From: Centroscyllium fabricii
Taxonomy: Eukaryota
Length of the DNA: 64,000 bases
NCBI GenBank assembly: GCA_051313645.2
Contig: JBNRSN020000023.1
Coordinates: 77,128,001-77,192,000, forward strand
Reading direction: 5' to 3'
The notes beneath the pieces were generated by a model. It had not been told where the DNA came from. It searched no databases and saw only the letters and a list, made by a program, of their open reading frames with translations. Positions 24,196-37,193 of this stretch are shown one piece after another (the first letter of the stretch is position 1; every line of letters starts with the position of its first letter). Position numbers and translations under genes: made by a program.

Positions 24196-25518
24196 GCTCA
24201 GTGTAAGCTCGAGGAACAACACCTCATCTTTCGATTGAGCACTTACAGCCTTCCAGACTCAACATTGAGTTCAACAATTTCAGATTATAACCTCTGCCCC
24301 CAGTGTTTCAGACAGCAGGTGTTGCTGATGATTCTGCTGTTCCCATTTACACCTCCTCTAGACCCATCTTTTGTTTCTTAACTTGTCCCATTACCATCTC
24401 CTTTTGCCTTGCACCAACATCCTTTTTGTCATTTAATCTCCTGTCTACCACCCTAGGACAGGCCATCCCTTTCTTATTTTCTCCCCTCCCCTCTTTCCCT
24501 GCCTCTGTTCTTGCTTAAAACCTGTAGCAACTCTAACTTTTTCCAGTTCTGATGAAAGGTCACCAACTTGAAACATCTGGGGGTAATTTTTACGGAAGCG
24601 CTGGAACCTGGCGGGGATTGGTCTGGGCGGCTTCCGGTCCCGCCCGCCCAACCAGCTGGGAAGCCCACGCAATTTTAGGTTAATGAGGTTGTTAAATCCC
24701 CATCGGCGGGAGCGGGAGGTAATTAGGTTATTCGAGTCAGGCTGCAGCGGAGCTGCGAGCACTTTGATTGACAGTTCCAGCACTGGTTGTTGTCAGTTCC
24801 CATGGCAACACTCCACTGTGACATCGCAGTGGAGTGGAGCCAATGGGAAAGGCCAAGTGCTGGTGACTGACAGGTGGGCGGGCGGGCTCCGAATTGCTCA
24901 CAGCTCGCAGCGGCTGTGAGGCCATTGTGAGAACTGAGATTGCTCAGTTTCTGTTCTCAGCTGATACTGAAGGCGGAACGGAGTTACTATCTCCTCTAAG
25001 GTGCCGGAGGCATGCCAAGCATTTGGCAGCATGCCCTTCATACCTTAAAGGAGAAAGTAATAAATTCAGGAAGTCATACAACACCAGGTTATAGTCCAGA
25101 AGTTATAAGCAGCGCTGTGCTCCCACTGTGTTTCACCCAGCGGGGTTTAAGGTGGCGGGGTTAGGGCGGAAAACGCGGCAAAATGGCTAAGGGCCCTTAA
25201 AATGACATTAAAGATGCCAATTAAGGGCCCTTAACGAGGTGACAACCCATCCCCGCTGGTCGGCGGCGGGAAGGTTTCGGGGCGGGGAATCTGGCCGGGT
25301 GAAAATGAGAAAGCGGCGGGGGTCCGGCGGGGAGGGGCGGGACCCGCCGGTTCCGCTATTTTGCTGGCCGGGCCGCCGAAAACCCCGCCTCACGGGGACA
25401 TGAAAATTCCCCCCATTAACTCTGTTTCTCTCTTCACAGGTGCTGTCTGACCTGCTGAGGGTTTCCAGCATTTTCTGTTTTGATTTCAGATTTCCAGCAT
25501 CGGCAATATTTTGCTTTT
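24196..25518 (+). mobile_element. Penelope 3' end and pLTR split by a MITE
   Basis: KLEEQHLIFRL; hammerhead CTGATGA..GAAACAT resumes as TAACTCTG at 25417. Confidence 0.8.
24577..25413. mobile_element. Harbinger-type MITE, family A
   Basis: GGGGGTAATTTT / AAAATTCCCCC termini, probable CAT TSD; inverted homologue at 57255-58447. Confidence 0.78.
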
Positions 25519-27422
25519 GGACCCATTATACTGCCCGCCCGATATTGGGTTCCACGAACATCAGTAGAGCTGAATAACTGGCGGGGCCCCGTACACCAGA
25601 CGGTCGATGCAATAGCATCCACTTCCCGCCACCACGCAAGATGGTATTTTTGATGCAGGTAGGTTGGGAGTGTCAAGTGACCAATAGGTTAGCTCAGGGC
25701 GGCGGGGTCATGGGTCAAGGAGACACAGGGTGGAATTTTCATTGAGGAGTTGGGTAGGAGGTGGGACTACAGCTTTCAGGGTTTCAGCTCCGTCTCCATC
25801 GAGTTCTAGCCAACCCACGCGATTTTGACTTGATTGAACTTGCTGAGCCCGCCCTTCTAAAACGGGAGGGGGCCTAGCGCAGCTGGGCCACCGGGGATTG
25901 GAGTGCCGGCAAAAGAGCCCGGCACTCGAGAGAAGTGCTGGACTCACGGAGTGCAGCCGGCACTCTGTGGGTGGGGGTGCGGGTCAGGAGGCCGGGGACG
26001 CTAGAGGCCGGGGACGGTAGAGGGGGCAGGTGCTAGCAGACGGCCAGCAACAAAAATGGCCGCCCGTCACCGCTCCTTTAACTTGCGCTGCCCCGGCTGC
26101 AAGTACGGCCCCCAGCTGACCCTGTCGGATGTTGCGTCCGGTGGTAAGTCAGGGGGTGCTACTGAATATCATGGCCAGGGCGCGAGCAGGGTGCTAACGG
26201 CTACCGCCACCACCAGCCTCCAGCTGAATTTCACAGGAGGTGTGGGCAGCGCCATTTCCAGGCGCTAGGTGCTTTGCGCCTTATGCGCGCCCCTCCTAGG
26301 CCGCTAACGGCTTGCGCAAGCAACGTAATTTCTCCCCCATTAAAATTAAGGGTCTGTATATGCTTTCTACAAGATGTCCGCACCATCTGCATTAATTATT
26401 TACCCTACATCTCATGTCTCCTCCCACTTGCTCTTCTCATGTTTGGTTTTGCTGCGCCTGTTGCGATTTTATATATTGCTGTCCGTTGACGTTTTTTAAT
26501 AACTGCCTTCGACTGCCCGGGCCCGGGGTAATGCTGAGCTCTTTGAAAGACCACTGGCTGCTGCTGAGACTGTGAACAGGCCTTTTGAATCACGGAAACC
26601 TATGGCACGGAAGGAGGCCACTCAGACCGTCGTGCCTGTTGCTGGCTGTTTGAAAGAACGGTCGTGTTTAGTCCCGCACCCCCGCCTTTTATCTGTAATC
26701 CTGTAAGTTCCTCGTCCTCGAGTGACCGCCCAACTCTCTTTTAACATTATTTGTAGCGTTCCCTTGTAGAGTTCCATTTTTGTTGCTCATATACTTGTCA
26801 GCATGGAGATTGTTTGTTTGCTTTTTTTGGTTTTGCTTGAAGTGTGCAAGCTGGTACGGATCTGCCCTAACACCCTGAGTCCCAACATAGAAAGTTAAAA
26901 CCCTGCTGGGATATTTAAATAACTATAAGGAACTGCAACTGCAGGAGTTCTAGCTCTGTGGGTGTAAGAAGCCCTTGGGGGTGATTTTCGCCGAGTACTT
27001 TAGGTGCTAAAGAATAACAACATAGCGAGAAGATTTGAGTACAGGAGCAAGGATGTCTTGCTGCAGTTGTACAGGGCCTTGGTGAGACCACACCTTGAGT
27101 ATTGTTTGCAGTTTTAGTCACCTTATCTGAGGAAGGATGTTCTTGCTATGGAGGGAGTTCAGCGAAGATTCACCAGGTTGATACCTGGGTTGGCAGGAAT
27201 GCCGGATGAGGAGAGATTGGGTCGATTGTGCTTATACTCGCTGGAGTTTAGATGATTGAGAGGGGATCTCATTGAAACTTTAAAAATTCTTGCAGGCCTG
27301 GACAGACTAGATGCAGGAAGGATGTTCCCGATGGTGGGGGGAGTCCAGAACCAGGGGTCACAGTCTAAGGATAAGGGGTAAGCCATTTAGGACAGAGATG
27401 AGGAGGAATTTCACAGGTTCAA

Positions 27423-29992
27423 TGTTGTGCTGGTAGCAACAATAAATAGTCGGACACAGATCAACAACAAACAAGAGGTCTTTACTCGGCCAATGCCAAG
27501 GGGGAAACTGAATACAACTTGCAGTACAGCGCTATTTATACCATGTGGCCTAAAGAGGTATTACAGTAATCTTCCACCGTACACAAAATAGTGCAGCTCT
27601 GTTATAGGCTCACAGGCTGTCCATCATACGCCTTATCACATACACTACATCCCTCCCCTTTTGGATAATACGCCGCCCCTTGTCTTACAGAGAAGGTACA
27701 TTATTACAACAGTTAAGAGAAAACTAATTAACGTAACAATCGGTTAATCTATACCAACATTTTTAACTGACATTGTACAAGAGTGTGTTAAACATTTTTA
27801 CAATGGCAGTACGTATAATTGTCCTCAACAGTTTAACCCACATCTTTCAGCTTAGTTCTTCCCTTACGATGATTTTGTTTCGGTCTTTCAACATCATTTA
27901 CGAATTCTAGGGCACTCTCGTAGCCATGATCTCATTGAATGGCGGAGCAGGCTCGAAGGGCCGAATGGCCTACTCCTGCTCCCAGCTTCTATGTTTCTAT
28001 GTTTCTATGTAGTCCTCTGGCGGTGTTAACTTCTTCAAGGGAGGCAGATTTTGGTACACCGTCGTTTGCTGTGACAATTTACCCAACTGGGTTTGCATGT
28101 CCTGCAGTTGTTGCTTGAACTCACCACCATCAGTTTTAGCTTTGTCTGTCCATAGCTTAGGGTGGTTTCTAAAGTCGACTTCCCGAGTGGAAATCTCTGA
28201 CTGCCATTCTACAAATGGTATGACTGAGCGCAATCCGTCAAGTAGGCTTTGCATGTCCAACCTCTGTCGGTCCACTTTGTCCACACACGCACATAAATCC
28301 CCTTCTAATTTTTCGACTCTCTCCTCATCCTGGTTGCGAGTTTGCAGGTTTGGTCTGCCTAGTTCACCGTCTTCTGCTGGGGGAATTGTGTTGTTCAGTG
28401 AGTCCCAGTCTATAGTGAGTCCCTGGTACTTCCTTGCATTCAACTTCGGGCTACCCCCACTGCTGTTTTTGTTTGTTCTACAGACTCTTGCAATATGGCC
28501 TAACTTGCCACATCGCTGGCACGTCATGTCTCGGAACCAACAACTAGTGTGAGCGTGGTTTGATCTGCCACACCGGTAGCACTTGGTGGATTGAAGTATG
28601 CCTACCAGTGCATCATGGCTTGGTTCTCCAGCAGAAGTTATGTCGAACGCTTGCTGCAAGGTCAGCTGCCGCTTTGTTAATAACTGTCTCTGGGTGGCTT
28701 TATCACTCATGCCACAGGCCAACTTGTCTCTCAAGGTATCCATCAAAACATCTCGAAACTGGCAATTCCTCACTAATCGGCGCAGTTCAGCCAAGTACAC
28801 CGCTATCTACTCCACTCTGCGTTGGGTGTGTCGATAAAAATGGTATCTTTCCGCGATTACAGACAATGCTGAACTGAAATGGTCATTTAGCGTTTTTACA
28901 ATCTGGTCAAATGATTTATCCGTTGGCTTCTCTGGGATAATCAGGTCTCTCAAAAGTCCGAAAGGTTGTGGACCCATGCAATTTAAAAGGGTCACTGCTT
29001 TTTGGTCTGCCGACACCCCATTTATTTGAAAACAAATTTCTACTTGTTATATATAAGTGTCCCAGTCTTCCTCACTGGCATCAAATGGAGCAATGAATAA
29101 TCCCGTCAACATTTCGAGTGCTCTGTTCATGTCGTTTGAGCACACCACAAAAAACTCTCAGGAAAATATTTTCAAAATGGCGTCTTCACGCCCTTTTCCC
29201 CAAGATGGCGTATTTTGCGCCCTTTTCCTCCAAGATGGCGTCTTTCGCGCCTTCTTCTTCTTCCTCGCAATGTCTCCGCGGTAATCTCCCAATATTTTCT
29301 TGTAGGCTTCCCGCCTTTCGCTAGGCTTCCCGCCTTCTTCTCCACCACAGTTTCTACGCGGTAATCTGCTTCTGCCCCGCTATATCCCCGTGGTCTACTC
29401 GGTGGTGGTGGTGTCCGTTTTCACTCGCGGTAGGTCCTCGCTACCCAGTTAAAGTGTTCGCCCCGTTTCCCCCACCGGGAGTTTCCCGAATCACCTGGTC
29501 CAAACTCTGTGGCTTCGGGCCTACCTGGCCCCTGGAAGTTCACCGTACCTTTCCTGGTCCGTTGTCCTGTGGCTGGAGAATCAACCGCGATTCTCGACAG
29601 CTTCCTGACGGCTGTGTCCGTTTGCTGCTTTGGGCTGTACTGCTCGGTCGATGCCCAATTCTCAAGACTGTCTGCTGGAGAAGTCTTTCTTTTCCAAACT
29701 GCTTCCGTGCTGCAACAGTGATGGCTGTGCTATAGCTAATGAATTCTTCCACTATCTCGTCGCCAGTGTTATGCTGGTAGCAGAATAAATACTCGGACAC
29801 AGATCAACAACAAACAAGAGGTCTTTACTCGGCCAACGCCCAGGTGCAAACTGAATACAACTTGCAGTACAGCGCAATTTATACTAGGTGGCCTAAAGAG
29901 GTATTACAGTAATCTTCCACCATACCCAAAATAGTGCAGCTCTGTTATAGGCTCACAGGCTGTCCATCATACATCTTATCACATACACTACA
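27423..29992 (-). mobile_element. Gag-only (non-autonomous) Mag-like LTR retrotransposon
   Basis: LTRs 27423-27649 and 29767-29992; PBS TGGCGACGAG (tRNA-Ser-like); PPT AAGGGGAGGGA; TSD TTCAA/TTCAC. Confidence 0.9.
27833..29130 (-). pseudogene. gag: Gag with two CCHC-type knuckles and a C-terminal extension; two stops and an 89-bp CR1-tail insertion
   Basis: FDASEEDWDTY, AERYHFY, LRDKLACG, CYRCGRSNH..C, CQRCGKLGHIARVC; frame is restored when insertion 27924-28012 (TSD GTAG) is removed. Confidence 0.82.
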
Positions 29993-30579
29993 TTCACCAG
30001 AGTGGTGAACCTGTGGAATTCTCTACCACAGAAGGCCATTGAGGCCAATTCATTAAATATATTCAAGGAGTTAGATATATTTCTTAAGGCTCAAGGGATA
30101 CGGGGAGAAGGCAGGAACAGGGCACTGAATTTGGATGTTCAGCCATGATCTCATTAAATGGTGGAACAGACTCAAGGGGCTGAATGGACTACTCCTGCTC
30201 CTATCTTCTCTGTTTCTAACAGCAACTTGTATTTATATAGCGCTGTGGCGGCACGCCCACTGGGACACCGAATCCGCCACGGGAACTCCGCGGAGCAGAG
30301 CCCCGCTCATCCAGGTGACGCGACGACGTCACCACGTCTGCCGAAGCGATGACGTCACCAACCGCGGGACTGTTTAAATATGCTTGTTGCGAGTGGTTCA
30401 CACTCTTTCTTGTTTAGCTCTAGTGTATTAAAGTTGTGTTTTCTCTAGCTCTGGCTCATGTGTGGTTCCTAGGCCTGGCAGGCGCTACAGTGGTGACCCC
30501 GAATTGGAACGACTTCCAAAGTAGAAAAGCTGCCGCAGGATCTGGGACCACCAGCCAAAGAACTTTTTAAACAGAAAAC

Positions 30580-33336
30580 ATGGCAAGACCAAGGAACCAA
30601 GCTCCACGAACGCAAGGACTTGGCCAGAACTTCGGACGTGGACTAACTCTACCCGAGTTCTGGGAGCAACGGCCAGCGGCCTGGTTTATGTGCATCGAGA
30701 CCAGCTGCCGCACACATGGCATCCAGGGGGACGACCGCTACGACCTGGTGTTCTCAGCCCTACCGCAAACGACGATCGATCGGATGTGGTCAAAAATACA
30801 GCGTGTGCCCACTACAGGCAGGTACGAATCCCTTAAGGCCGCGCTTATAATTTTTTTTACCCCCTCTCAATTTGAGCGCGACTGCCAGCTCCTTGACCTC
30901 CCCGAACTCGGGGACGCAGGCCCATCGGACCTCTTAGGTCAGATGCAACCGCTCACACCCAATCCGGCCTCCCTGTTCCACACCGTCTTCCTCCTTAAAT
31001 TACCCTGCTCCATCAGACCGGCCTTGGCGGCCCTTGGCCAACGGAGCGATGACGAGCTCGCGGAGGAAGCCGACAGGCTCATGGAGGCGCAGCGCACCCG
31101 CTCAACCACGTGCGACCCTAACTCCGCATCGGTAGAGCGCAGCCAATCATCCCCCAGGCCCACCTTCACGCCTGAACCTAGGGCCCCGCGCCCACCTAAG
31201 CAACCGCGTCCCTCTAGCACCGGCAGGTGCTACTACCACACGCGTTTCGATAACAAAGCGCACCGCTGCGTCCAGCCATGCGCGTTCAAGCCACGGCCCA
31301 ACTCAGCCCCCACCATGTCTGTAGGCCACACAGGAGCACTGCTCTTTGTTACAGACAGAGGCACAGGCCTTAGGTTCCTCTGCGACACAGGCGCGCAGCA
31401 CAGCATCGTGCCAGCCTCCCCTGCAGAAACCAAACAAGGCACCCGGGGCCCGCCACTAGCGGCGGCCAACGGCTCCAGTATCAAAACGTACGGCACCCGC
31501 AAGCTCACTATTACTCTTGCAAGCCACACGTGCACCTGGGATTTCGTCACAGCCCAGGTCACCTCACCCCTCCTCGGGGCAGATTTCCTCTGCGCCTACG
31601 GCCTACTGGTCGATGTGACCCGGCGCCGCTTGGTCAACATAAATAATATGACGACCATCCCATGCTCCATGGGGCCCGCACTCCTGGCCCACGTGGCAGC
31701 CCAATGCCGCTCACGGAACTCCGATGCCTACGGCACACTACTCGCAGAGTTCCCTGCCCTAACCAACCCCACGTTCACCGCCCGCCGGGCCAAACACGGG
31801 GTAGAACACTTTATTACGACCACAGGCCCGCCCGTCCATGCCCACGCCCGTAGGCTCGACCCGGCCAAACAGGAGATCGCGCGCACCGAGTTCCGCACCA
31901 TGGAGCAGCTCGGCATTATCCGCCGCTCCAAAAGCCCCTGGGCCTCTCCGCTCCACATAGCCCCCAAGCCAGACGGGGGTTGGCGCCCCTGCGGCGACTA
32001 CCGCCGCCTAAACAACGCCACCACCCCGGATAGGTACCCCGTACCCCACATCCAGGATTTTTCCGCCAGATTAGCAGGCTGCACGATCTTTTCTAAGATC
32101 GACCTGCTGCGTGGCTACCACCAGGTTCCGGTGCACCCGGCGGACATTCTTAAAACGGCCGTCATCACCCCCTTCGGACTCTTCGAGTTCCTCAGGATGC
32201 CCTTCGGCCTTAAAAACGCGGCCCAGGCCTTCCAGCGCCTCATGGACTCGGTCCTGCGGGATCTGAAGTTCATTTTCGTCTATCTAGACGACATCCTTGT
32301 GGCCAGCACCTCCCCTCAGGAACACCTCCTGCACCTCAGGACCCTGTTCCAGCGCCTGGCCGAGCACGGTCTCATATTAAGCCCGACCAAGTGCAAATTC
32401 GGCCTCGATACCATTGACTTCCTCGGCCACCGCATTTCCCAAACAGGGGCCATACCCCTGCCCTCCAAGGTGCAGGCGGTACAGGAATTTCCCCGCCCGC
32501 ACTCCATTAAGGGGCTGCAGGAATTTCTGGGGATGGTTAATTTTTATAACCGCTTCATCCCGGGAGCAGCCGCACTCATGGCCCCTTTATACCAGGCCAC
32601 CCGTGGGCAGTCCAACAAGGCTGCAGTTGAGTGGACGGCCGACGCCACCACCGCTTTCACCGCAACTAAAACTGCCCTGGCAAACGCCACCCTCCTAGCC
32701 CACCCTAGGCCCAACGCCAGAGTAGCCCTCACCACCGACGCCTCCGACCACGCGGTCGGGGCCGTATTCGAGCAGTGGACCGGCAACTCGTGGCAGCCGC
32801 TGGCCTTTTTCAGCCGGCAACTCCGGCCCCCAGAGGTTAAGTACAGCGCCTTCGATAGGGAGCTCCTCGCTCTCCATCTGGCAGTGCGACATTTTCGCTT
32901 CCTCCTGGAGGGCCGCCACTTCACAGCCTTCGTCGACCATAAGCCGCTCACGTTTGCGATGGCTAAGGTCGCCGAACCCTGGTCGGCCAGGCAGCAGCGC
33001 CAACTCGCGGCCGTGTCGGAATTTACGACCGACATCCAACACATTTCCGGCCGCGACAACGTGGTCGCTGACTGCCTCTCACACCCCACCATTAACGCCG
33101 CCCTAATGGCGGTCGATTACGCCCAGCTGGCCGCAGACCAGCTGGCCAACCCTGACCTGCTCAATGCAGCAGCAAATCTCCCTGGCCTCCACTTGGCCAA
33201 TATCGCACACGGTCCCGCTGCCACCGTCGTCTGCTGCGACGTATCCCAGTCGCAGCCCAGGCCCGTCGTCCCCCACGCATTTTCAAGACCCTCCATGACC
33301 TGTCCCACCCCGGCACCCGCGCGTCCATTAAATTAA
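30580..33336 (+). CDS. gag-pol: Gag-protease-RT-RNase H polyprotein (frameshift near 33280)
   Basis: CHCC knuckle [50 protein letters not shown]. Confidence 0.93.
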   Translation: MARPRNQAPRTQGLGQNFGRGLTLPEFWEQRPAAWFMCIETSCRTHGIQGDDRYDLVFSALPQTTIDRMWSKIQRVPTTGRYESLKAALIIFFTPSQFERDCQLLDLPELGDAGPSDLLGQMQPLTPNPASLFHTVFLLKLPCSIRPALAALGQRSDDELAEEADRLMEAQRTRSTTCDPNSASVERSQSSPRPTFTPEPRAPRPPKQPRPSSTGRCYYHTRFDNKAHRCVQPCAFKPRPNSAPTMSVGHTGALLFVTDRGTGLRFLCDTGAQHSIVPASPAETKQGTRGPPLAAANGSSIKTYGTRKLTITLASHTCTWDFVTAQVTSPLLGADFLCAYGLLVDVTRRRLVNINNMTTIPCSMGPALLAHVAAQCRSRNSDAYGTLLAEFPALTNPTFTARRAKHGVEHFITTTGPPVHAHARRLDPAKQEIARTEFRTMEQLGIIRRSKSPWASPLHIAPKPDGGWRPCGDYRRLNNATTPDRYPVPHIQDFSARLAGCTIFSKIDLLRGYHQVPVHPADILKTAVITPFGLFEFLRMPFGLKNAAQAFQRLMDSVLRDLKFIFVYLDDILVASTSPQEHLLHLRTLFQRLAEHGLILSPTKCKFGLDTIDFLGHRISQTGAIPLPSKVQAVQEFPRPHSIKGLQEFLGMVNFYNRFIPGAAALMAPLYQATRGQSNKAAVEWTADATTAFTATKTALANATLLAHPRPNARVALTTDASDHAVGAVFEQWTGNSWQPLAFFSRQLRPPEVKYSAFDRELLALHLAVRHFRFLLEGRHFTAFVDHKPLTFAMAKVAEPWSARQQRQLAAVSEFTTDIQHISGRDNVVADCLSHPTINAALMAVDYAQLAADQLANPDLLNAAANLPGLHLANIAHGPAATVVCCDVSQSQPRPVVPHAFSRPSMTCPTPAPARPLN

Positions 33337-34394
33337 TCTCGGCCCGGTTCGTATGGCGCGGCCTGCGCAAGGACGTTCGCGCCTGGGCCAGCTCCTGCAT
33401 TGCCTGCCAGCGCTCCAAAGTGCATAAGCACATCAGGGCACCGCTGGAAACTTTTAAAGTACCGGCCAGACGCTTTGACCGCGTCCATATCGACCTCGTC
33501 GGGCCACTACCGCCATCCCGGGGCCACACGCACGTGATGACCATGGTCGACCGCAACACTCGCTGGCCAGAAGCAGTCCCCCTCACCGCCACCGGCACCA
33601 CGGACTTGGCCAGGGCGTTCATCGCCACCTGGGTCGCCCGCTTCGGCGTGCCCACAGACATCACCTCCGACAGAGGACCCCAGTTTACGTCGGCATTATG
33701 GGCGGCCATCGCCCGTGACCTCGGGGTGACACTACATCGAACCACCGCATACCACCCACAAGCGAACGGGCTATGCGAACGGTTCCACCGCTCAATGAAG
33801 GCATCACTACGAGCCACACTCAAGGACGCGTCGTGGACCGACCGCCTTCCATGGGTTCTCCTCAGGCTGCGCTCGGCAGTCAAGGAAGACCTAAACGCCT
33901 CGGCAGCAGAACTCATCTACGGCCAAACATTAACAGTGCTGGGCGAGTTCCTAGCTGAGCCCAACGCTCCCTGGTCAGCCGACCAGTATTTAAAAGACTT
34001 TGCCAACCCGGCATGAGCTTTCCAGCCACTACCAGTGGCCCGGCACGGAGAGCCGGCAGCTCGGGAGCCGGACGGCATCAAAAACGCTAAATTTGTGTTC
34101 GTCCGGCGCGACGGACACCGATCTCCACTACAGCCACCGTACGATGGCCCCTACAGAGTGCTTCGGGCGGGAGCTAAAGCTTTTGAAGCACAAATGGGCA
34201 ATAGAACTGAAACTGTGACAATAGACCGGCTCAAGCCGGCACACGTTATAGCGGGCGAGACGACGGTCCCCGCACAACCACCACAACGCGGTCGCCCTCC
34301 CGCAACAAAACCCGCCCACACTCCACCGCAGAACCAGAAGCAACAGGCAACACGGTCCGGCCGCATTATCCGGCCACCACAACGGCTCACATAG
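33280..34394 (+). pseudogene. Integrase (HHCC, DDE, GPY) with TGA at 34014
   Basis: HPG..CIAC, HIDLVGP, SDRG, YHPQANGLCERFH, PYDGPYRV. Confidence 0.9.
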
Positions 34395-34880
34395 ACTCTT
34401 TTACTATTCCTCCCGGACGGATTCTGGGGAGAGCTGTGTGGCGGCACGCCCACTGGGACACCGAATCTGCCACGGGAACTCCGCGGAGCAGAGCCCCGCT
34501 CATCCGGGTGACGCGACGACGTCACCACGTCTGCCGACGCGATGACATCACCAACCGTGGGACTGTTTAAATATGCTTGTTGCGAGTGGTTCACACTCTT
34601 TCTTGTTTAGCTCTAGTGTTTTAAAGTTGTGTTTTCTCTAGCTCTGGCTCACGTGTGGTTCCTAGGCCTGGCCGGCGCTACAGCGCCTTCATTGTAGTAA
34701 AACGTCCCGCGGGCGCTTCACAGGAGCGATTATCAAACGACATTTGACACCGAGCCACAGAAGCAGATATTAGGGCAGGTGACCAAAAGCTTGGTCAAAG
34801 AGGGAGGTTTTAAGGAGTGTCTTAACGGAGGAGAGAGAGGTAGCGAGGCGGAGAGGTTTAGAGGGAATACCAAAGCTTAG

Positions 34881-35288
34881 GGGCGGCACGGTGGCACAGT
34901 GGTTAGCACTGTTGCCTCACAGCACTGGAGACCCGGGTTCAAATCCAGCCTTGGGTACTAACTGTGTGGAGTTTGCACATTCTTCCCGTGTTTGCGTGGG
35001 TTTCCTCCGGGTGCTCCGGTTTCCTCCCACAGTCCAAAGATGTGCGGGTTAGGTTGATTGGCCGTGATAAATTGACCCTTAGTGTTAGGGGGATTGAATA
35101 TGTGGGGTTACGGGGATAGGGTGGGATATGTGTCCGTGCAGGCTCGAGAGGGATCGAGGGATATGGGGACAAGGCAGGGACAGGGTACTGAGTTTGGATG
35201 ATCAGCCATGATCTCATTGAATGGCGGAGCGCGCTCGAAGGGCCGAATGGCCTACTCCTGCTCCTATCTTCTATGTTTCTATGTTTCT
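34881..35288 (+). mobile_element. Full-length HE1-type V-SINE
   Basis: A and B boxes, V-domain, CR1 tail; flanked by CTTAGGG-like duplication. Confidence 0.92.
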
Positions 35289-37001
35289 TAGGGCCTCAGC
35301 AGCTGAAGGTACGGCCACCAATGGTGGAGCGATTTATAATCAGGGATGCGCAAGAGGCCAGAATTAGAGGAGCGCAGATATCGTGGGGGTGGGGGGTGGG
35401 GCTGAAGGAGATTACAGTTAGGGAGGGGCGAGGCCATGGAGAGATTTGAAAACCAGGATGAGAATTTTGAAATCGAGTCGTTGCTTAACCGGGAGCCAAT
35501 GTAAATCAGCGAGCGCAGTGGGTGATGGACAACCGGGACTTGGTGCGAGTTAGGACACGGGCAGCTGAGTTTTTGATGACCTCAGGTTTACGGAGGGTGG
35601 AATGTGGGAGGCCAGCCAGGAGTGCATTGGAATAGTCAAGTCTGGAGGTAACAAAGGCATGGATGAGAGTTTCAGCAGCGGATGAGCTGAAGCAAGGGCG
35701 GACACGGGCGATGTTACGGAGGTGGAAATAGGCGGTCTTAGTTATGCCGCAGATATGTGGTCAGAAACTAATTTCAGGGTCAAATTTGACACCAAGGTTG
35801 CGAACGGTGTGGTTCAGCCTCAGACAGATGTTAGGGAGAGGGATGGAGTCAGTGGCGAGGGATCGGAGTTTGTGGCGGGGACCGAAAACAATGGCTTCGG
35901 TCTTCCTAATATTTAATTGGAGAAAATATTTGCTCATCCAGAACTGTATATTGGACAAGCAGTCTGACAATTTAGAGACCGTGGAGGGGTCCAGAGTTGT
36001 GGTGCTGAGGTACAGCTGTGTGTCGTTGGTGTACGTGCGGAATTTGACGCTGTGCTTTTGGATGACGTCGCCAAGTGGCAGCATGTAGATGAGAAATAGG
36101 AGGGGGCCAAGGATCGATCCTTGGGGGACCCCAGAGGTAACGATGCGGGAGCGGGAAGAGAAGCCATTGCAGGTGATTCTCTGACTACGATCAGATAGGT
36201 AAGAATGGAACCAGGCGAGTGCGGTCCCACCCAGCTGGACGACGGTGGAGAGGCGTTGGAGAAGGATGGAGTGGTCAACCGTGTCAAAGGCTACAGACAA
36301 GTCAAGACGGATGAGGGGGGATAGTTTACCTTTGTCACAGTCACAAAGGATGTCATTTGTGACTTTGAGAGCCGTTTCGGTGCTGTGGCAAGGGCAAAAT
36401 CTGATTGGAGGGATTCAAACATGGAGTTGTGGGAAAGATGGGCACGGATTTGGGAGGCGACAACACATTCAAGGACTTTGGAGAGGAAAGGGGAGTTGGA
36501 GATGTGGCTGTTGTTTGCAAGGACGGATGGTTCAGGATTTGTTTTTTTTTAGGAGAGGGGTGATGACAGCAGATTTGAGGGAGAAGGGGACAGTACCTGA
36601 GGAGAGAGAACCGTTAACAATGTCAGCTAACATGGGAGCCAGAAATGGAAGTTGGGTGGTCAGCAGTTTGGTGGAAATAGGGCCGAGGGAGCAGGAAGTG
36701 GGTCTCATAGACAAAATGAACACGGAGAGGTCATGAGGGAGATCGGAGAGAAACTGGAGAAAGATGCGAGTTCAGGGCTAGGGCAGGGGGGAACCTTAGA
36801 GGACGTTTGGCCCAGAGGGCTAGGGGAAGGAAGGGAAGTGGCAGAGACAGCTGAACGGATGGTCTCAATCTCAGAGACAAAGGTCCATGAGCTCCTTACA
36901 CTTGTTATCGGAGGTGAGGGTGGAGGAGACAGGAGAGGAGTTTAAGAAGACGGTTAGCAGTGGAGAATATGAGCCGGGGTTTATCTTTGCATTCCAGAAT
37001 A

Positions 37002-37193
37002 TGTTATGTATGATGTGTATGTATGTGTTATCCTTCCACCTGTGGTGGCGCTGCTACAGCACTGCACAGCCATGAGGTTCTTTTACTTTTTAGTTTCAGT
37101 TTCTCTTTTAACTGTTGATTAAACTAAACAGCTTTTTACAGCTTGGTAGTTTGAATTCTCTTTTTGTTTAAGTAGAAAGACTTAGATACAATA
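37002..37193 (+). mobile_element. Short solo LTR-like element
   Basis: TGTTATG start, 5-bp TSD AGAAT, second copy at 18085-18277. Confidence 0.72.

Larger units (their letters stand above)
27027..30216 (+). mobile_element. CR1 3' fragment split by an LTR element
   Basis: CR1 sequence at 27027-27422 resumes at 29993. Confidence 0.85.
30244..34682 (+). mobile_element. Near-complete Ty3/Gypsy element, CsRn1/Kabuki type
   Basis: 246-bp LTRs 30244-30489 and 34437-34682 (8 mismatches by eye), TSD GCGC, PBS TGGTGACCCCGA (tRNA-Trp), PPT GGGGAGAG. Confidence 0.96.

Noticed and set aside
30939-33916. Antisense ORFs within the Gypsy element
   Set aside because: They are shadow ORFs expected from GC-rich coding sequence.
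34881-34955. tRNA gene
   Set aside because: It is a tRNA-derived SINE head continuing into a V-domain; the same applies to the other SINE heads.
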